Part shown: in pieces, positions 54,867 to 64,000 of the stretch
Layout: each line of letters opens with the position of its first letter
Numbering within the stretch: the first letter of the stretch is position 1
Assembly (NCBI GenBank): GCA_951406725.2
Contig: OX597836.1
Span: forward strand, 18,910,001 to 18,974,000
Reading direction: 5' to 3'
DNA: 64,000 nucleotides
DNA from: Octopus vulgaris
Lineage: Eukaryota
Translations under genes and position numbers: made by a program
The notes under the pieces: model-generated
What the model saw: only the letters and a program-made list of their open reading frames with translations
The model's database searches: none
What the model was told of the DNA's origin: nothing

Positions 54867-56129
54867 TATATATATATATATATATTTTACTGTTCCGTTA
54901 AGGTAAGATCACCAAGAAGTACTTCATCCAGTGAGAGATATTATTTAAAATACACAGTATAAAGATACAAGTTACAAATAGTTTCTTGCGTGGGAAACGC
55001 GGGTCTAGGCAGGTTTTTATAACACGCCTTGTGTCCCCAAGCAATTATTATTATTAGTAGTATTAATATTGGTATTATTATTATTATTATGTGCTCTGAG
55101 CACATGATCTATTCAATTTACAAATCAGAATCCTGGTGAATAAGAAATCACGAGAAAAGAAAACCAGAAGCAGATAGTTACGAAATTGGAACGGTGAATA
55201 CAAATAATAGTGTATCCATACATAACTTATATTCGAGTATCATCACCTTCCAAATAGACCACTTAGAAATGTATACAGGGATCCTGGTGTTGGTCTCATT
55301 CTTCAAAAGCAAACCAGACGCTCTCTTCCAGTATGACTTGACAACCGGTGTTGGTGTGTTCACGTCCCTGTAAATTCACCCGGTCTGATTGGATGATGTG
55401 GGTGTGATCGTTTTCGGTTAGGTATAATAGCGATTCTCAACCTTATCGTTTCGGGTCCCCATTTTTTCGATTGGAGCCTCCGGCTGTATGAAAATTTCTT
55501 CCCCCACCCCTGTTAGAAAACAGCTTCAGATCGATTTTCTCAGTAAGTGGGGGGGGGGCTAGGAAGAAAATACAAACTGCATTCCAATCTATGCACCCGT
55601 CTCCACACGTGTGCCATTTTTCACGCGAATCCACCCAGCCGTTTGGCTGTGAACCTCAAGACAAGAAAGGATACAACGCTCGCCCATGTCCAATTTATAT
55701 TATAGGTAATGAGTGAAACTTGAGAAAAGAAGAGAATAAAGGGATAGTACGTTAACAGTCCTCGGTTCTTTGTTACATGCACACGCGCGCGCGCACATAC
55801 ACACATACCACATATATATATGTGTACACACACACACACATACATACACATACATATTATTCTTTAGCAAGACTGTGACTTCTATGCTTCAACCTCCTTA
55901 GTCTTCATCCAAAAGTTCGATAAAAGCTAAGCAGGACGAAACTTTCAAGCTACTGTTAACACTATCCTTCTTAAAGAATAGCTCATGCGTCGTCTTTGAC
56001 GGGAGAGTCCATCATATATGTGCATGTATGTATGCACTACAATTCCAGTCTGTTATATATTTTTAGTATTGTTATCACTAGAGATCTCACGATATAACTT
56101 TGTATTTTGTACGTATGCATGTATGTTTG

Positions 56130-56330
56130 AAGAGGATAGAATAAACAGGCTTTAATCTAAATCACTACAATTGTTTCTATGCATAGCAACTGCTAACATA
56201 CATTACTGCATTAATATAATCCGACAATAGTTTTGCTCCTGCACGTCTTCGAGGAGTGAATTCGAGATCACTAGAGCACAGAACCAAATGCACTGATTTG
56301 GATTAAAGTCTGTGCATTCTATCCTCTTGG
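56130..56330. repeat. fold-back element with degenerate hammerhead in loop
   Basis: AAGAGGATAGAATAAACAGGCTTTAATC and GATTAAAGTCTGTGCATTCTATCCTCTT arms. Minus strand has GAAAC-AATT-GTA-GTG. Confidence 0.7.
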
Positions 56331-56486
56331 ATTATAATTCTTTTGTATGATTTCTGCGGATATCAGCGGATTTCCACATGTATATCCAGTAAAAGGAGAA
56401 TTCCTGCTGTATGATAGTATATGATAACCGATATCTGTAGAGGAGCTTCGTAAAGCACGCTATTAGATTATTACCAGATGATATTT

Positions 56487-56670
56487 ATGTATGCATGTAT
56501 GCATGTGTGTATGTATGTATGTATGTATGTATGTATGTATGTATGTATGTATGTATGTATGTATGTATGTATGTATGTATGCATGTATGCATGCATGTAT
56601 GTATGTATGAATGTATGTATGTATGTATGTATGTATGTATGTATGTATGTATGTATGTATGTATGTATGT
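56487..56670. repeat. (ATGT)n microsatellite
   Basis: Direct reading. Confidence 0.95.
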
Positions 56671-56675
56671 GATGG

Positions 56676-56945
56676 ACTCTCCCGTCGAAGACAGCTTATG
56701 AGCGTTCAGCTTTTTTGTCGAACGAAGTGAACAAATGATTTATTCATAGTGATCAAATGTGTGTGTGCCGTACATGGACTCACTCCCTCCGCCAAATCGA
56801 CGTTGTCTGAACAGGTGCACGGTTTACCACGTGTTAGGTGTCGAAGTAATTGTAGAGCAACGCGAGACGAGGTGTTTTGCTCAACAACACAACGCACCAC
56901 CCGGTCTAGGAATTGAAACCACGATCTCGCGTGCAGCACTAGGTC
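56676..56945 (-). mobile_element. SINE family E
   Basis: CTCTCCCGTCGAAGAC..CAAATCGACGTTG..CCGGTCTAGGAATTGAAACCACGATC matches 33238-33950. Confidence 0.75.
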
Positions 56946-56980
56946 ATGCGTCTTTACATATGTATATATATGTATATGGG

Positions 56981-57021
<41 letters not shown>

Positions 57022-57027
<6 letters not shown>

Positions 57028-57930
57028 GGGAATATAACTCCAAACTTACAGGGAAAATTCAATTTAGTATTAAATCAAATTTCACAATATAAATATATAA
57101 AATATAAATTAGAGATAAAAACCACTATTATGCAACTCAAACAGTGATAGACATAAACCAATACATAAATAACAAAGAATAAATATTTTTATAAAACATA
57201 TAACATAACTAGATCGCAAAAAGTATAAAATGAATGATAAATATATAATATAATAAGTAAAAGCACTACGTACGTTTCATGGCTACAATTGAATTCGAAT
57301 TTAATTGGCTACAGTTTAAATTCAATTGAAATTAATTCGATTTAAAATTATAGTCAATCTTCAGGTTAATGATAATAGTTAAATAAATAAGCAAATAGAG
57401 TTAAACAATATTTATTTAAGAAATAAATAAAATAATAATTTTTCTTATAGAAAAAAATTCCATTAACTAAATTAGAAACTTAAAACATTATTTCCTACAA
57501 CCCATTTATTATGTTAAATATTCAATTTTTAAGGTAAAAAAAAAAAATAGATAGAAATATGTATTTATCTTTGAAGATATAATTTTGCTTCAAAAAACAT
57601 AATAAACTCTCGAATATCTTTAACTCAGTTATACTCCAATATTTAATTACCAAATTATTTAACAAAATAATCACTATTAATATTTTTAAGTTCACATCTA
57701 ATAATTGTAAAATAAATACATAAAAATAAGTAACTAAATTATAATCAACAAATATAGTAATTAAAATCTAAAATTATCTCTATCAATAAATATATTGATA
57801 TATAACCAAAAGTAAATAAATTACTCCATATGTTTTATAAAAATATATATTATTTGTTATTTATGTATTGGTTTATATCTATCACTGTTTGAGTTGCATA
57901 ATAGTGGTTTTATCTCTAATTTATAGTTTA
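57022..57930 (-). mobile_element. fold-back family X-related element (arms ~57100-57200/57835-57925) with hammerhead
   Basis: Shared end ATATTAGGGAAT..CCAAACTTACAGGGAAAA and arms AAATTAGAGATAAAACCACTATTATGCAACTC / GAGTTGCATAATAGTGGTTTTATCTCTAATTT. Confidence 0.85.
57264..57367 (-). ncRNA. type I hammerhead motif with long stem II
   Basis: AC-CUGAAGA-UUGACUAUAAU..AUUGUAGCCAU-GAA-ACGUACGU-A|-GU, with palindromic stem III. Confidence 0.6.
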
Positions 57931-58437
57931 TATATATATATATAAACATAAAGCTTATAAAATGCTATTATTATTATTTACATAATTGTAAAAATCGACG
58001 CTGCTTAATAAAATCTTCGCAGTAAAAAGAGTACATGAAAGTTTGTTTACAATAACAACTATGAACTAATTATAGGTCTTAAATCTAACAGAAAATAAAA
58101 GGTCGATTGTTGGTGTAACGGTAGCACACTTCGTCGCGTAAACAAACAGATGTGGGTTCGAGTCGCACTGGCACTCCTACTTCTCTATTATTATTATTAT
58201 TTACAGAATTGTAAAAATCGATGCTGTTTAACAAAATCATGTATATATATATGTGTGTGTGTGCGTATGTATGTACTCGTTTCCAAATTTCCAGGCAATA
58301 ATCTGTTGGATATTTCATGAGTGACGTGGTGTATCACCTTTTGTTTTATAAAAAAAAAACAACAAACACTTGTTTTCTTCGTTAAGTATCACACAACCTC
58401 TCTTTTGCCTTCTAATTCCCTTGCTTTCTCCACCTCT

Positions 58438-58471
<34 letters not shown>

Positions 58472-58481
58472 TGCACTGTAC

Positions 58482-58524
<43 letters not shown>

Positions 58525-58944
58525 ATCTCTCTTCCTGTATATTCTAATTCTATATTTATATTAATTCTATATTCATCTCCCACTTCAGACATTTTCTTCC
58601 ACTCTCTCTCTTTAGTCACTACCGTTCCTTCCGTCTTATTTTCTCTCTCTTTCCGTCTCTCCATTTCACTCACTCATTCATTTACTCTCTCTCTCTCTCT
58701 CTCTCCGTCTCTCTCCATTTCTCCCTCTCTCCCCATTTTCCCTCTCTCGCTCTCTCACACATTTTCCGGCATGGTTAATTTGAAAAGCTGCTATAATTTT
58801 TCCCTTATATTCTGTACTTGCCTTCAATTTTCCCTCCTTAATATTCATATTATTAGGTTTAAATTATCTATTCCTACAGACATCAAGTGAGTTTAATTTC
58901 ATTACTTTACTCTTAGCGTTCAATTACCTTCACAAAACGACGCC

Positions 58945-59074
58945 ATTCCGCCGAGGTCAACTTTGCCTTTCATCCTTTTGAAGGTCGATAAATTAAGTAC
59001 CAGTTGCGTACTGGAGTCGATCTAATCGACTGGACCCCTCCCAAAAAATTTCGGGCTTTGTGCCTAGAGTGGAA

Positions 59075-59075
<1 letters not shown>
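58945..59075 (-). mobile_element. SINE A-related fragment (motif reads on + strand) with (ATT)n tail
   Basis: ATTCCGCCGAGGTCAACTTTGCCTTTCATCCTTTTGAAGGTCGATAAATTAAGTACCAG on the + strand. The family match is clear, but the element's sense is probably +. Confidence 0.5.
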
Positions 59076-59142
<67 letters not shown>

Positions 59143-59614
59143 GATTATTATTATTATTATGAATATTATTATTATTATTACATTCTTCGACCTTTGTAGC
59201 AATTGAAGAAATTATCATAACTATTAATATTATTACCATTATTATTAATATTATTATTATTATTATCATCATCATTATTTTTTTTTTATTATTATTATTT
59301 ATATATATTTATTTATATATTTACTTATTCTGTCTTCCGAAATATAGAGTAGTATGTACGATCGTATTGGAAATTTGGGGGAATATTTAATGTGTATTTT
59401 CTTTCTTTTTTGTTTCTTGTTGCTCTTTTCTTTTCGAAAACGTTTCTTATGATTCTTAATTCTAAACTAATCCAATAATGTTCCACTGTTTGTAACATAG
59501 TTTTGAATCTTTCAAAGTGACCTTCGTAAACATTAACATATACTACCTTCAGTACGGTCTTGAAGATATTTTTCTCCTGGTACCCCTTCTACCCTTTCCC
59601 TATCGTCGTTTATG

Positions 59615-59680
<66 letters not shown>

Positions 59681-59805
59681 GCATACACACACATATATAC
59701 ATATATAACATATATGTATGTGTACGTGTGCGTGTTTATATCCAAACATATAAAACATATATATATATACACATACAAACACACACACATATGTATATGT
59801 ATATA

Positions 59806-59855
<50 letters not shown>

Positions 59856-60537
59856 TTTTACATCATTCAGTATACACACTTATTGATTTATTGGGTCTCC
59901 ATAGCTATTATATAATTGCACCGAGTAACGCATGGCTATTTAATTATTCATGTCTGGATTAGACAAAAATTTATATTTATATATAGATAAATGAATGCAT
60001 ACATGTATATTTGTATATACACATAAGCAGACACTCACACAAGTATACATAGATACGAACATGTATATATAAATATATATATATATATGCAAACACGTAA
60101 ACACTCACTGTATACAACCATTAAATTGACTATGGGTATATACACATAGGAATATGATAAATCTGAGAAGAATTACCCAGACGCATATTTCTTTATGTAT
60201 ATGTGTGTGTGTGTAGACAAACACACACACACACATATGCTTATATGCACAAACACACACACACATAAATATATATGTATGTACTTCGTTTTTGTATTTT
60301 GTTTCCTAGGTTACTGAGGTGAATTTGTGAGTTGAAACAAATTCCTTGTATGTTGGGAGGGTCATTACGCCAATAATAGTAAGTAACACAATCATTGGTT
60401 CAATACTATTTCTATATTGTTAGTCGATTGCTTAGATATTTAACCAATTCAATAACAATAAGGAAGTGGCAATGAACCAGTGCGTGTGGTTATTATTGGC
60501 AAAACTACTCTCCAAAAACATATATGTATGTGTATAC

Positions 60538-60604
<67 letters not shown>

Positions 60605-60658
60605 TAAAGACGGGAAAATCAGAGAAGCAACCCCTGAAGCGCCAACCTCTGAATAAGT

Positions 60659-60707
<49 letters not shown>

Positions 60708-60724
60708 CACACACACACACACGC

Positions 60725-60757
<33 letters not shown>

Positions 60758-61017
60758 GAGATAGATAGATAGATGTATATACACATATATATGTATAAAT
60801 ATATATACCTATATATATATATATATATACATACATACATATGTATACATATTTATACATATAAACGTAGATATATATATATATATATATACATCTATTT
60901 ATACATTATTCATATATACATATATGTATATATATATATGTATACATATATATATACATATTTATACATATAAACCTATATATATATATATATGTATGTA
61001 TATATATATATACGTCC

Positions 61018-61065
<48 letters not shown>

Positions 61066-61561
61066 ATACCTAAAATTTGATGAAAATTAATGCGATATAT
61101 CAAGTTTTAGCGTGTACTTTTAAAGATAGTTATCAGCGCTCCATAAACTACAAATGTGTGAGTATGTGTGTGTGTATGTGAGCGTGTGCGTGTGTGTGTG
61201 TAAAATTATAAATAGAAGAACAAGGTTTAAAATTTATCAGTGAAATCAGCGTTGTGGAATGGCCGTAATCGTGGTGGTTAAAAGGAATTACAAAACCAAC
61301 TTCAAAATGGAGCATTAACAACGAACAATATGACAGGAAGTGAAACACGTAATTCTTGGTTTGTAACTAAAACGCACTACAAACTTACAAACTTAGCAGA
61401 GTTGGTAATCAAAGTACTAAATTTTAGCGATAAAAAAACTTGCAATTCGATCTCCTTTACCGATTTCGAAATCGATTATATATGTATTTATATATGTGTG
61501 TTTGTGGTGTCTATATGTACGTAGCAAGCGTTCATATGCATACATATAAATACATACATAC

Positions 61562-61638
<77 letters not shown>

Positions 61639-61639
61639 A

Positions 61640-62000
61640 ATTTGAGGGAATATTATTCCTAACTTACAGGGAAAAATTCTTCAATTTAGAAATACTAAAT
61701 CAAATTTCACAAAATATAATATATATATAAATTAGAAAAAAAACACCTTTTATCAATTCAAAATGAAAAATTAAATTACACCATCTAGAAAACTAAATAT
61801 AATAGAAATATTAAATATAAGATAAAAAAAATAATATACCGATGATTAAGTAATGTGCAAAATAATAAATAAAACGTATATATTTGGTATGTTATTTTTA
61901 TGTTATATTTAATATTTCTATTATATGTAATTTTCTTGATGGTGTAATTTAATTTTTCGTTTTAAATTGATAAAAGGTGGGGGTTTTTTCTAATTTATAT
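61640..62000. mobile_element. fold-back family X-related element
   Basis: AACTTACAGGGAAAAA end and arms CACCTTTTATCAATT..AAATTAAATTACACCATC / GATGGTGTAATTTAATTT..AATTGATAAAAGGTG. Confidence 0.8.
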
Positions 62001-62399
62001 ATATATATATATATAATGTTGACGCCATAAGAATTTTATAAGCTGTCGAGAGAACATCTAAGTATTATTTTAGGATTTTAGAGCAGATGTACTTATAAAT
62101 GATTCCGTGTAAATATTGGTTTGAAAAACCCTTTCGAATTTAAAAAAAAAAATGTGTCTACTCCCTTCCGGTATAAAACATGGGAATGGAGCCCAATATA
62201 TTGTAGACATATGAAGCGTTCGACCAAAAGGGATTTTTCTACCCAATATTTCCATGTTATTATTTATAGCTTTATGCGCCTCGAGATGCACTATATATAT
62301 ATATGCGTTTATCAATTTGTGTTGCAAGATTCCTGATGGGAAATCGTGTGTTGAAACAGATATTGTTGTATTTCGGGAGGGTCATTTCTATTTTTATTT

Positions 62400-62642
62400 T
62401 TTCCAAATAAACACACGCACTGTTTTTCACTCGTGTATTACATTTCTTGTTTTGGCTTTTTTTTGTTTTTATTTTAACTCGTGTCCATTGTCCGGAAGTC
62501 TTTCGTCACACATCTGTGACCTCTTCAGTGGTACTTTTAGTTTTTGTGCTCCACTTGCTCTATTCTGTTCTTCTGTGTATCCTTATGTGCGCATGCGTTT
62601 GCTTCCGTGTTTGCGGCCATGTTTGTGTGTGTCTGTGTTTGT

Positions 62643-62687
<45 letters not shown>

Positions 62688-63095
62688 TGCGTGTGTGTGT
62701 GTGCTTGTGTGTGTGTCATTGTTCTTAGCAGCAGTATTGGCCGAGGATGGAGCTGAAAGGAAGGCCATACTGCCGCTAAGAACAATGACACACACACAAG
62801 CACACACATAAGCAGATACATACATACACACATACACACATACACACAGACACACACACACAACAACAACAACAACAACGGCCGCAAGTGCGCACGCACA
62901 TAAGGATAGACATCTTAGAAGAACAGAATGGAGTAAATGAAGCAAGAGCACACTCGAAAACGAAAAGTCTCGCTGAAGAGGTCACAGATGTGTGACGAAA
63001 GACTTCCGGACAATGGACATACGTTAAAATGAAAAAACAAACAAGAACAATAATTACCGAGTGAAGAATATATAGTGCTTGTGTTTATTTAGCAA
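62400..63095. repeat. large fold-back element, ~300 bp arms including a (TG)n/(CA)n pair
   Basis: GTCCATTGTCCGGAAGTCTTTCGTCACACATCTGTGACCTCTTCAG versus CTGAAGAGGTCACAGATGTGTGACGAAAGACTTCCGGACAATGGAC. Inner TCATTGTTCTTAGC/GCTAAGAACAATGA. Confidence 0.9.
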
Positions 63096-63114
63096 AAAAA
63101 TAAATAAATAAATA

Positions 63115-63262
63115 GGCGCAGAAGTGGCTGCTTACCAACCACATGTTTCCGGGTTCTGTCCCGCTGCGTGGCACCTTGGGCAAGTGTCTCCTACTGTAGC
63201 CTCTGGCCAACCAAAGCCTTGTAAGTGGATTTGGTAGACGGAAACTGAAAGAAGCCCGTCGC

Positions 63263-63305
<43 letters not shown>

Positions 63306-63386
63306 ATTTATTTTATAGAATTAATTTACTCTGCTATGTATTGAGTACCTTATTTACTGTGGTTAACCCCGACTCAACCCGGGACC

Positions 63387-63441
<55 letters not shown>

Positions 63442-63705
63442 AAGTATTATGTATGTATGTATGTATGTATGTATGTATGTATGTATGTATGTATGTATGT
63501 ATACGTTCGTATGTCTGTGTTTGTCGCCCAACATCACTTGACAACCGATGCTGGTGTGTTTACGTCCCCGTCACCTGGCGGTTCGGCAAAAGTACCCGAT
63601 AGAATAAGTACTAGGCTTACAAAGCATAAGTCCTGTGGTCGACTTATTGGGCTAAAAGTGGTGATCCAGCATGGCCGCAGTCAAATGACTGAAACAAGTA
63701 AAAGA
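63115..63705 (+). mobile_element. SINE family B with expanded internal microsatellite
   Basis: Head at 63115-63262 and tail at 63505-63705, separated by TA/TG/ATGT tracts and a short insert. Confidence 0.85.
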
Positions 63706-63747
63706 ATATATATATATATATATATATTTGTGTGTGGATATGTGTGT

Positions 63748-63821
<74 letters not shown>

Positions 63822-64000
63822 TGTCTGACGAGTACTTCCCTGATTTCAGTATAGACATACAATTCTTGAGAATGTTTACCATAGATGTGATCCTCTTCTG
63901 TTGAGGTAATTGACACACTCTGTGTCTACTCCCTTCCGGTATAAAACACGCTAAACGATTGATGTATCACATTGCTTTTACAAATGTTTCAGTTTTGCCA

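Overview
AT-rich, microsatellite-saturated eukaryotic (metazoan) genomic DNA. The SINE and microsatellite make-up fits a coleoid cephalopod, probably Octopus (inference). Nearly all ORF-track entries are translated simple repeats. Three things are supported by the sequence. (1) The 3' part of an unidentified, intron-rich + strand gene with phase-compatible exons at 3993-4114, 8043-8117, 11830-11924, 15326-15499/15739 and 46135-46239, plus candidate alternative last exons at 18653, 25374 and 49672. It encodes a Ser-rich tail with repeated RRxS basophilic kinase motifs, including 4x RR-x-S-[AS]-H-S-L-G, whose dosage could be set by two identical in-frame donors. (2) A dense set of TEs: several tRNA-derived SINE families; RTE, CRE-like and Penelope relics; hAT, Tc2-like, piggyBac-like, Helitron and HINE non-autonomous elements. 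(3) About 15 fold-back elements, mostly in or next to (TA)n tracts. Many carry minimal type I hammerhead ribozyme motifs with palindromic stem III, typical of Penelope-like retroelements. One motif has a compensatory G3-C8 core swap, and several lie on the sense strand of the host gene's introns. All exon, family and ribozyme calls are by-eye predictions and have not been validated by search or folding software.
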